Below the pieces are notes generated by a model. The model searched no databases. It was not told the DNA's origin and saw only the letters and a program-made list of their open reading frames with translations. This document shows, piece after piece, positions 9,347-18,347 of a stretch of DNA of 27,436 bases; the stretch's first letter is position 1; each line of letters opens with the position of its first letter. Source of the stretch: an uncultured Gemmatimonadales bacterium (GTDB lineage: Bacteria; Gemmatimonadota; Gemmatimonadetes; Gemmatimonadales; GWC2-71-9). A program made the translations under genes and the position numbers. The stretch lies in the NCBI GenBank assembly GCA_963844035.1, contig CAWJMT010000021.1, forward strand, positions 1 through 27,436. The letters are read 5' to 3'.

Positions 9347-11231
9347 ATGAACCGAGTCCAGCACGGCGTGTTGCTCGGCGCCGCACTCATGTCGCTCGCC
9401 GCCTGCGATGACCCTTCCGATTCGCCCAGCGAAGTGGGGTTCCCGCCGCCCACGAGTGTCATGGCGGTTCCGGGGCCGGGCGCGAACCAGATCTCCATCG
9501 CGTGGGCGAACAAGATGGGCCCTGGGTCCTACCGCGTGTATTGGAGCACCAGCCCCAACGTCGCACCGGGGAACGGTACGACAATACTTGCGGAACCCAA
9601 CAATGCTGAGGCCATCATGGGTGTGACCCACTCCGGGGTCACCGCGAACACCACCTACTACTATGTCGTGACCGCCGCCGTCGACCATGGCGCGCCGGAC
9701 GGGCCGCCCTCCAGTATGACGTCGGCCAAGGCGTCCGGTGACATGGGGCTCGATGTGCGCGTCCCAGGACCCGGGCAGTTTGTGGGTAGCCTCCTCAACG
9801 TCGTGGTCGTTGTGGAATCTCGTTTCACACTTCAGAGCGTCGTTGCGACCGTGGGCGGGCAGTCCGTGAACCTGACTTTCACTGGGACCGTTTGGGCGGG
9901 GACGATGCCGCTCGACGCCGTGCCCCCAGGGCCCGTGACGGGCACGATCGTCGCGACGGACGCGTACTCCACCGCCATCACGGGCTCCTTCGCGTTTGTG
10001 CACGGCAGTGCGCCGTCCCCCCTTACGATCACTGCGCCGGAGAGCCTCACCGTGGCTCGGCCCAACGTCCGGCTCAACGTCTCGTGCGTCGGTTGCTATG
10101 ATGTCGCCGGGTATTTGCTCTATCCGGAAGTGAGACTGCTGGCTCAAGCACCCTCAGGCTTCGATCAGACCGTCTCACTCGCGACGTGGGATGGCCATGA
10201 GGCAGTGCTGCAGTTCAACGCAAGGGATTCCACGTGGCATACCACGATCAAGCAGCGTCGGGTGTTTGTCGAGCTCAGCCCAAACCTGACCGAGGTGGCG
10301 AGTGTCCACGGTTCCATTCTAGACGTACAGCCCGACCGCATCCTGGTTCTCACGCAACCCGACAGCGTATCAACCGGCGTCTACATCCACAGCCGAGTGT
10401 CGGGCAGCGACGTGGTGGTCTACAATGCGCCCGGCCATAGCGGTGACGACCGGGTTCCTGACCCCGGTCGGAACCATGTTCCTCGAACGCACCGGGAGCG
10501 CAGGCCCGATGGTGCTGCACGAGTGGCAATCCGGCACGTTGAGCGACCTGGGGAACGCGACGGGTCTGGCGGTGAAGGGCAACTACGCCGCCTTCACGAC
10601 CGGCGCCGGGCTGATCCGCCGCGACGTGGTCACGGGCACGAACACGACCGTGAGCGCTTCCACAGGGGCGTTTGATGTCGCCGCGAACGGCGACGTGGTG
10701 TGGCAAGCGAGCGACGAGGTTTGGCGGTTTCGCGACGGCGTGACCACCCAGCTAACGAATGACGGGTCAGCATTTAGCGATAGGTCTCCGAAGACCGACG
10801 GCATAAACGTGGCGTATCTCAAGGTCACCAGCTATGGAGGTTTCACCACCGCCGTGTTCGACGCGACGGGTGAGCACATCCTCACGCCGGTCCCGCTCAG
10901 CGGGGACAAGGGCTATCGCATGGCCAACGGCTGGGTGGCCTATACGAAGTCCGTAAACGGCGACTATCAAGTGTGGAGCCGCTCTCCGGCCGGGGAGGAG
11001 CGTCACGTGGGCGCGTTCGCGGCCGGACCCACGGAGGTGCTCGATGCCCTTGGTCCGAACGGCGAGGTGACCGTGACCCTCCTCGGTGTTTACGGCGGGC
11101 GACGCTATCTCACGGTGCCCGACTACAGCGCAGCGCCGCGGGAAGTCAATTCATCCCTTGGCTCCGGGCTCTTCCAGAACGGCGGCCTCTTCGTCACCAT
11201 CGGCCGCTCGCTCTTCCAGGTGAATCCGTAG
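9347..11231 (+). CDS. Surface lipoprotein, FN3/Ig-like domains plus beta-propeller-like C-terminus, paralogue A (frameshift near 10438)
   Basis: Lipobox MSLAAC; FN3-like SYRVYWSTSP...TTYYYVVTA. ORFs 9347 and 10425 join by removing one base, judged by comparison with paralogue B. Confidence 0.8.
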
Positions 11232-11235
11232 GGAT

Positions 11236-13123
11236 ATGAACCGCACACTCCAGCACCTATTGCTCGGCGCCGCCGTCTTGGTCCTCGCCACGTGCGATGA
11301 CCCGTCCGACCCGTCCGACGCGTCACGGCCGGGCCCCCGCCGCCCACGAGCGTCACAGCGCTTCCGGGGCCGCACGCGAACGAGATCACCGTCAGGTGGG
11401 CGTCGAAGGTCGGCCCGGCGATACACGCGTCTATTGGAGTACCAGCCCCAACGTCGCACCGGGGAGTGGTACCACGATACCTGTGGACCCATACCAAGGT
11501 CCTCACGGAGTAACGTGTCGTCCACTCTGGGGTCGCGTCGAACACGACCTACTACTACGTGGTGACCGCCTCTGCGGGCGACCGCCGGTGAGGGGCCGCC
11601 CTCCAGTGTGATTTCCGCCAAGGCGTCCGGCGACATGGGACTCTCTGTCGCCAGCCCGGAGCCCGGGCAGTTTGTCAGTAGCCAACTCAGCTTGGTCGTC
11701 GGGGTGGATTCTCGCTTCACGGTTCAGAGCGTCGTTGCCACCGTGGGCGGGCAGTCCGTGAACCTGACGTACAGCGCAGGGGCTTGGAGGGGGACGATAC
11801 CGCTCGACGCCGTGCCCCCGGGGCCGGTGACGGGCACGATCGCCGCGACCGACGTGTACTCCACCGTGATCACGGGCTCATTCGCGTTTGTGCACGGCGC
11901 GACGGGCCGCTCACGCTCACGATCGCGTCGCCCGAGAGCCTCACCGTGGCGCGGCCCAACGTCCGGCTCAACGTCTCGTGCGTCGCCTACGATCTCAAGG
12001 GTTGCTATGATGTCGCCGCGTACGAGATCTCTACTTGCATAAACACGAAAGCTGGCGCAAGCCCCCTCGGGTTTCGATCAGACTGTCTCACTCGCGCAAT
12101 GTGATGGCAAACAGCCGTTGCTGCAGTTCAACGCAAGCGATTCCACGTGGCATACCACAATCAAGCGGCGCCGGGTGTTCGTCGAGCTGAGCCCCAACCT
12201 GACCGAGGTAGCGAGTGTTCACGGGTCGATCCTCGACGTACAGCCCGACCGCATCCTGGTCCTCACGCAAACCGACAGCGCATCAACCGGCGTCTCCATC
12301 CACAGCCGAGTCTCGGGCAGCGACGTGGTCATCTACAATGCGCCCGGGCACACGGTGACCACCGGGTTCCTGACCCCGGTCGGCGCCATGTTCCTCGAAC
12401 GCACCGGGAGCGCGGGCCCAACGGCCTTGCACGAGTGGCAATCGGGCACGTTGAGCGACCTGGGGAGCGCGACGGGTCTGGCGGTGAAGGGGAACTACGC
12501 CGCCTTCACGACCGGCGCCGGGTTGGTCCGCCGTGACGTCGTGACGGGCACGAACACGACCGTCAGCGCTTCCACGGGGGCGTTTGATGTCGCCGCGAAC
12601 GGCGACGTGGTGTGGCAGGCGAGCGACGAGGTCTGGCGCTTTCGCGACGGGGTGACCACCCAGCTGACGAATGACGGGTCAGCATTCGCCGACCGCTCCC
12701 CTAAGACCGACGGCATAAACGTGGCGTATCTCAAGGTTCAGGGCGGTTTCACCACTGCGGTGTTCGACACGGCGGGCGAGCACATCCTCACGCCGGTCCC
12801 GCTCAATAACGGGGACATGGCGTATCGCGTGGCCAACGGATGGGTGGCCTACACGAAGTCGGTGGCCGGCCAGTACGAGGTGTGGAGGCGCTCTCCGGCC
12901 GGTGAGGAGCGTCACGTGGGCGCGTTCACCGCGCCTGGGGAGGTGCTCGACGCCCTTGGTCCGAACGGCGAGGTGACGGTGCTCAGGACGCGACGGTATA
13001 TCGTTTTGCCCGACAACACCACAGCGCCGCGGGAAGTGAATTCCATCCCTTGGCACCGGGTTGTTCCAGAATGGCGGCCTGTTCGTCATCATTGGTCGCT
13101 CGCTCTTCCAGGTGAATCCGTAG
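11236..13123 (+). pseudogene. Tandem paralogue B of the 9347-11231 lipoprotein, multiply frameshifted
   Basis: Colinear, high DNA similarity to A from ATGAACCG to TTCCAGGTGAATCCGTAG; broken into ORFs 11236, 11297, 11608, 11784 and 12118. It is either a real pseudogene or sequencing error. Confidence 0.75.
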
Positions 13124-13166
13124 GACGCACCCGGAAGAGCATCGCGTTCGAGCGGCCGTAGGATTC

Positions 13167-13265
13167 CGCGCCCTGAGAGGGCGCGCTCGGCTGGGGCGCG
13201 CCCTTACAGGGCGCACTGGCGCCCAGCCCGGGCTCTCAGCCCGGGGAATACGACGCGATCTAGTC
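13167..13265 (+). repeat. Three-hairpin REP/REPIN-like element, copy 2
   Basis: CGCGCCCTGAGAGGGCGCG...GCGCCCTTACAGGGCGC...AGCCCGGGCTCTCAGCCCGGGGAATA...GATCTAGTC; lies between convergent genes. Confidence 0.9.
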
Positions 13266-13283
13266 GCGCCGCCTAGTCTCGCT

Positions 13284-13970
13284 TCAGTTCCGCAGCGCTC
13301 CCTGCGCCACCCAGCGCCGGATCATCCGGATCGTCTGATTCGGCAGGGGCGGAAATCCCTGAGGCATGCGGCCGCCACTGCCGCCTACCTTCGCTTGAGT
13401 CCCCTGAATCTTGTGCACCAGGTAGCTCGAATCGGGCTGCCCCGGCCGGATGAGGGTCATCTCCGAGCACTCGGCGGATGTGACCCCGACCGTCGCTACT
13501 CTGGCGCGGTACCCGGTGAGCCTCAGGCCCAGCGGTGCGCCTCCCGCCGCAGAATGGCACCCGGTGCAGGCCCCCTTCAACACCGGGGCCACGTGACGGG
13601 CGAAGCTCACCGGCTCGAGCGTGACCGTGAAATCGACGTTCGTCGCCGCCAGCTCCGTCACGGTGACGGTCCGCGGATTGGCCTCCGGGAGCGCGGTCGC
13701 TGCGGGCACGATCAGCAGCACGTCGTACGTGCCGGGCGTGACCCCCGCGAATGCGTACCGCCCGGTCGCATCGGTGAGGGTGGCTCGCAGGTCCGTGGCG
13801 CTCCCCGGACGGCGCAGCCGGACGGATGCTTCATCGAGCGCGGCGCCAGCGGTATCGCGCAGGGTGCCGACGATCGCCCCGACCGGCGGTGTGGGTGGCG
13901 TGGCCCCTCGGTAGCACGCGACCAGCACGACGCCCGCGGCGAGGGTGAGGAGTCTGGTGTTTGCGGTCAT
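13284..13970 (-). CDS. Lipoprotein: carboxypeptidase-regulatory-like domain plus c-type cytochrome domain
   Basis: Lipobox VLVAC; TDATGRYAFAGVTPGTY; heme motif CTGCH; PGQPDSSYLVHKI, RMP and IRRWVAQGA resemble planctomycete-type cytochrome c domains; RBS GAGGA before ATG 13970. Confidence 0.82.
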   Translation of the reverse strand: MTANTRLLTLAAGVVLVACYRGATPPTPPVGAIVGTLRDTAGAALDEASVRLRRPGSATDLRATLTDATGRYAFAGVTPGTYDVLLIVPAATALPEANPRTVTVTELAATNVDFTVTLEPVSFARHVAPVLKGACTGCHSAAGGAPLGLRLTGYRARVATVGVTSAECSEMTLIRPGQPDSSYLVHKIQGTQAKVGGSGGRMPQGFPPLPNQTIRMIRRWVAQGALRN

Positions 13971-13985
13971 CTGGATCCTCACGTG

Positions 13986-14726
13986 TCAGTGGGAGACAAA
14001 GCGCTCCAGCGCGACCCGATAGGTCGCCGTGGATGAGTCGTAGGTCAGCTGGACTTGGGTGGGGAAGTACCCGCTCCCCGGATACACCAGCGGCTGTTTG
14101 ATCGGAAAAGCGACGCGAGGTCGTGTCTTGAGCCATTCCACCGTGGTCATGAGGTCGTAGAACGTGATCTTGCCTTCGTGCGAGCCGTACAACAGCGTCT
14201 TCTCGAACGGCATTCCGTGGAACTCGGGCGCGCGCATGTCCGCGAAGTGCGTGCCCATGAAGGCCACCGACTCGGTCACCTTCGCGTAGTCCCTGGGGAG
14301 GCTCTTGGACGGCGGGGGCACCGAATCAACCCCTCCGGCGACGGCTTCCCGGTCTTCGATCGACACCAGATAGAAATGGAAGTCCAGGTGGGGCCGGTCG
14401 TAGATGCCACCGGGCGCGTGACCGAGCGGCACCCAGTCGAAGTACAGGTGGGTGAACGGTGTCTTTGGCCCGTCCGGGCCCAGCGTGAGTGTGAACGGGG
14501 CGTTGGTGTCCGGCAAACCTGTGAGTAACCCGGCCGTGAAAACGACGCCCACTGCCGCCGGATGCCCGGCGCTATCGAGCGTGACGAACGTGCGGATGGT
14601 TCCGTTGCCAAGCTTGGCCGTCTGGCCGGGCTTGGAGGCCTCGCGGTGTGTCGCGAGCAGGGCGGCGGTGAACGCGACGGTGCCGCCCACCGGAAGGAGC
14701 AGGGAAGTAAGAAGGAGTCGGCGCAT
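13986..14726 (-). CDS. Exported TTHB210-like / DUF5602-like protein
   Basis: Signal peptide from ATG 14726; motifs LGNGTIRTFV, DWVPLGHAPGGIYDRPHLDFHFY, MGTHF, PEFHGMPF. Family assigned from memory of these motifs. Confidence 0.72.
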   Translation of the reverse strand: MRRLLLTSLLLPVGGTVAFTAALLATHREASKPGQTAKLGNGTIRTFVTLDSAGHPAAVGVVFTAGLLTGLPDTNAPFTLTLGPDGPKTPFTHLYFDWVPLGHAPGGIYDRPHLDFHFYLVSIEDREAVAGGVDSVPPPSKSLPRDYAKVTESVAFMGTHFADMRAPEFHGMPFEKTLLYGSHEGKITFYDLMTTVEWLKTRPRVAFPIKQPLVYPGSGYFPTQVQLTYDSSTATYRVALERFVSH

Positions 14727-15067
14727 CAGGGCGTCCTTGAGTCGTATTGGTGCTCCGACCGGTGTGGGTCGGACGAAAATGCGAAGCGGATTGGCGGTGT
14801 GGATCAGCGACCGACGTACGAACGGATAGGCACGATCAAACGCCGCGTCGCGGGCAAACAACTTGCGTAGGGAACGGTCGCGTTTCAGGGACTCATGCGC
14901 CGTGATGGTTCGTACGCGTCGCCGGGTTACGCGTGGGTGACTTACCTGCGGCTCGGGTCACGCGTCGATGGGCGACCCGTGCTTCGGGTCACATGCCCCG
15001 GAATCCGCATCGCTCTAGGGCTAGCCCCTAGACCATGGCCTCTCGCATGGTGGTGTACCTTTGTCGC

Positions 15068-15478
15068 ATGATCGAGATCTCGGACCTCCATCACGTCAGT
15101 CTCGCCGTCACCAATCTCAAGCAGTCCAAAGCGTTCTACGGCGACGTGCTCGGGCTCAAGGAGATCGAACGTCCGGCGTTCGAGTTCGCGGGGGCGTGGT
15201 ACGCGATCGGCGATCGCCAGCTGCACCTGATCGTGCATGACAAGCCAACGCTGCGCACGCGGGGGATCGACTCACACGACGTGCACTTCGCGCTGCGGGT
15301 GAAGAGCTATCAGGAGATGGTGGCCCACCTCAAGTCGTTGGGGTATTCGAGTGACACGCGGGATGACGCCAAACGGCTGCGGGAAAACCAATGGGGGAAG
15401 GCGGGCTTCCCACAGATCTTCATCCTCGACCCTGATCGCCACGTGATCGAGTTGAATGCGGAGCGGGCGGAGGGGTAG
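15068..15478 (+). CDS. VOC/glyoxalase family protein
   Basis: LHHVSLAVTNL...FYGDVLGL, QLHLI, HFALRV, QIFILDPDRHVIELN. Confidence 0.92.
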   Translation: MIEISDLHHVSLAVTNLKQSKAFYGDVLGLKEIERPAFEFAGAWYAIGDRQLHLIVHDKPTLRTRGIDSHDVHFALRVKSYQEMVAHLKSLGYSSDTRDDAKRLRENQWGKAGFPQIFILDPDRHVIELNAERAEG

Positions 15479-15484
15479 GGCCCC

Positions 15485-16271
15485 GTGCTGACCCGTTGGA
15501 CCGCAATCGCGCTGCTCGCGCTCGTGCTCGCGTGTAATTCGAACGACCCCGCGGCCCCCGAAGTGTGTGCCACCACGAATGGAGCTCCCGCACCAATGCC
15601 TGGGCCAGCCCATGCGCCGTTCTCGGTCCTCGTCTTCTCCCGCACCACCGGCTATCGCCATGCCTCGATCCCCGCGGGCGTCACCGCGATCCAGGTGCTC
15701 GGCGCGCTCAACAACTTCACCGTCGAAGCGACCGAGGACCCCACCGCGTTCACCGACGCGAACCTCGGCGCGGTTCGGCGCCGTCGTGTTCCTCAGCACG
15801 ACCGGCGAGGTGCTGGACGCCGCACAGCAAGCGGCGTTCGAGCGCTACATCCAGGCCGGCCACGGTCTGGTGGGCGTGCACTCGGCATCCGACACCGAGT
15901 ATGGCTGGAGCTGGTACCACACTCTGCTTGGCGTCACGTTCGCGTCCCATCCCCCGATGCAGCAGGCCAGCGTGGTCGTCGTGGACACGGGCCAGCGGTC
16001 CACGCGCACCCTACCCGATCCCTGGGTCCGCACCGATGAGTGGTACAACTACACCGCCTTGCCGGTGAGCGTCTCGGTGCTGGTGCGGGTGGACGAGTCG
16101 ACGTACTCCGGCGGCACGATGGGAGCCACGCACCCGATCAGCTGGCAGCGCGAATATGACGGTGGGCGGGCGTGGTACACGGCGATGGGACATACGGCGT
16201 GCAGCTACAGCGAGCGGGCCTTCCTCGACCACCTGCTCGGCGGCATCGAGTGGGCGGCGGGGATTCCCTGA
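15485..16271 (+). CDS. ThuA-domain lipoprotein (frameshift near 15767)
   Basis: Lipobox VLAC; VLVFSRTTGYRHASIP, then after one extra G: VVFLSTTG, VGVHSASDTEY, DEWYNY, GGRAWYTAMGH. Confidence 0.87.
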
Positions 16272-16279
16272 GCGACGGA

Positions 16280-16639
16280 CTAGCGGCGCCCGAGGTACTT
16301 CTCGTCCCAGGCGACCGGGTAGCGTCCCTGGCAGCGTTCGCAGCTCAATTCGGCGGGTGATCCCTCGAGCGACACGCGATTGCTGCAATTGGGACAGACG
16401 CCGTACTTGTCGCCCCAGGTCTCCGGGAGCCGGATCGCGTCGCGCGGACGCGGCACGACGGTCCAGCGCAGCGGTCGCTGGTCCACGACCTCGATAACGG
16501 AACGCGGTACGCTGACGGTCCTCCACTGCACATCGAGGGTGATTTCGTGGCGCTCGAACTCCGTGACCCGATACCACGCGCCGCGGCGCAGCGGGTACGG
16601 ACCTTCAGCCTTCAAGCGAGCCCAGTGAAGTGCATGCAT
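16280..16639 (-). CDS. Hypothetical protein with C-terminal zinc ribbon
   Basis: LRRGAWYRV N-terminal motif; CPNC...CERC metal-binding pairs. Confidence 0.78.
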   Translation of the reverse strand: MHALHWARLKAEGPYPLRRGAWYRVTEFERHEITLDVQWRTVSVPRSVIEVVDQRPLRWTVVPRPRDAIRLPETWGDKYGVCPNCSNRVSLEGSPAELSCERCQGRYPVAWDEKYLGRR

Positions 16640-16836
16640 GGATCGGTTGTAACACACTAGTGCCTGAAAGGCGCGCCTGATAGCCGATGACTCCGCTGGT
16701 TCGCGCGCCGCTTTACACGTCCGTTACGGGTCCCGGGGCTCCGTTCTGTAAGTAATCATGTGACAACGCCTTAGAAAATTCGCCGTAGGCCGGATATTGG
16801 TCGCTGGCCCGGCGGATTGCATATTGGTCCCCCCTT

Positions 16837-18321
16837 ATGACCAGCAGCGCGAAGGACTTCTGGCTGTTTAGGATCGTCCACCAGGACACGGGCAAACCAG
16901 CTCAAGGGGTCCCCGTGACGGTGCTCGACGGGTCCGGGAATCCGGCCGGCCACTTTGTCAGCGAGCCTGACGGCACGGTGCGGATCCCCCGTCGCGAGGG
17001 CGCGCGGATCAGGCTGCGAGTCGGACTCCGCAACGAGGAGCCGATCGAGCTGAACACGGCCACGCTGCGAGACGGCCCGACCGACCTCGCGGCGCCGAGC
17101 TGGGTGCCGTTCACGTCGTCGCCGGTGGAGCGTGGGGAGCGGGAGCAGATGGCTATCCCGGCACCGCATGCGGCCGAGTCGCGCGAAGTGCCCGGGCACG
17201 TCCTCTACTTCCAGCGCCTCGCCATGTTCGGTGAGCCGGCGTCGCCGTCACCCGCCGGATCCCAGGACAACGTCGCGGACTTCTTTGCGACCCCGACCGA
17301 TCCAACCGCCGTGCTGCGTTACGGCGTGGTGATCGAAGTCGAGCAGCTGTGGCAGTCCACCGGAGTGCAGTGGGGCGAGCTGCTCTACAGCGTCTCGCTC
17401 ACGCCGGGGGACGAAGCGCGGCTCACCGTGCTCGACGGCCGCTGGCGCCGCGACATCGAGGGCCGGGAGCGGCCGCTGCAGATTCTCGCCCGGATGGTGG
17501 GGACGTCGATGCTGGGCGATCTGGTGACGGCGCTCCGGCCCGAGCTGCAGGTCGAGTCGTGCACCCTCACCGACCCGAATCTCGAGACGGCGGCGAGCGG
17601 CACGATGCACATGATCCGCGAGCGCACCGAGCGGATGAGCCAGGCGTTGCGCCGCCGTCCGTTGGGCGTGGTGGACGGCACGCAGGAGACCTCCGACCAC
17701 GCCGCGATCCGCACCGTGCGCAACACGGCGAAGGACCGGGTGGTCACGTTCCACTTTTTTGAGCCGCTCGAGCACTTCCGGGTGGTCGTGCGCAGTCCGC
17801 GGATCCGCCCGGTGATCTTCGTCCCGTTCCGGCTCCCCAACGTGGCGACGCCGGACGTGGTGCAGCGGTTCGGGTACATCTTCCGGCGCACGCTGCTCGA
17901 CCGTGGCATGGTTCCGGACCTCGAGCGACTGCTGAATGGAGAGAGCGCGGGGAGCGGGGGGAACCGGCTGCTCGAGCACGTCGAGGCGAACCTGCTGTAC
18001 TACTCGACCGCGATCATCGCGGCGGGGGACCACGCCGCGCGCCATACGGCGCTCTCGAAGGTGCGCGACGCGTCCGGTGTGCCGTTGACCGACCTGGTCG
18101 AGAACACGGTGCTGGGGCGGGTCGGGAGCGCGATCGCCATGCCGCTCCGCTCGCTGGGGCAGCTGCCGCGGGAGTGGCGTGAGGCGCTCGCGGCCTACAC
18201 GACGCGTCCCCCGCGGCTGACCGAGGAATTCAGCGTCAACATCCCCCATCCGGGCGTATGGGTCACCGCGCAACCGCACGCGCCGATGCAAAGCTCGGCG
18301 ACCGAGAGCGCCGCAGGCTGA
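16837..18321 (+). CDS. Hypothetical cytoplasmic protein (494 aa)
   Basis: Long uninterrupted ORF with GC-rich third positions; no signal peptide; function not assignable. Confidence 0.8.
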   Translation: MTSSAKDFWLFRIVHQDTGKPAQGVPVTVLDGSGNPAGHFVSEPDGTVRIPRREGARIRLRVGLRNEEPIELNTATLRDGPTDLAAPSWVPFTSSPVERGEREQMAIPAPHAAESREVPGHVLYFQRLAMFGEPASPSPAGSQDNVADFFATPTDPTAVLRYGVVIEVEQLWQSTGVQWGELLYSVSLTPGDEARLTVLDGRWRRDIEGRERPLQILARMVGTSMLGDLVTALRPELQVESCTLTDPNLETAASGTMHMIRERTERMSQALRRRPLGVVDGTQETSDHAAIRTVRNTAKDRVVTFHFFEPLEHFRVVVRSPRIRPVIFVPFRLPNVATPDVVQRFGYIFRRTLLDRGMVPDLERLLNGESAGSGGNRLLEHVEANLLYYSTAIIAAGDHAARHTALSKVRDASGVPLTDLVENTVLGRVGSAIAMPLRSLGQLPREWREALAAYTTRPPRLTEEFSVNIPHPGVWVTAQPHAPMQSSATESAAG

Positions 18322-18324
18322 CCT

Positions 18325-18347
18325 TCGTCCCCTCGTCGGGGGCGGAT
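18325..18347. terminator. Possible hairpin terminator between convergent genes
   Basis: TTCGTCCCC-TCGTC-GGGGGCGGA stem fills the 25-bp gap between two stop codons; no long U tract. Confidence 0.35.

Noticed and set aside
9347..13123. Paralogue pairs as DGR template/variable repeats
   Set aside because: No reverse transcriptase; duplications are gene-length and the differences I inspected are not adenine-specific.
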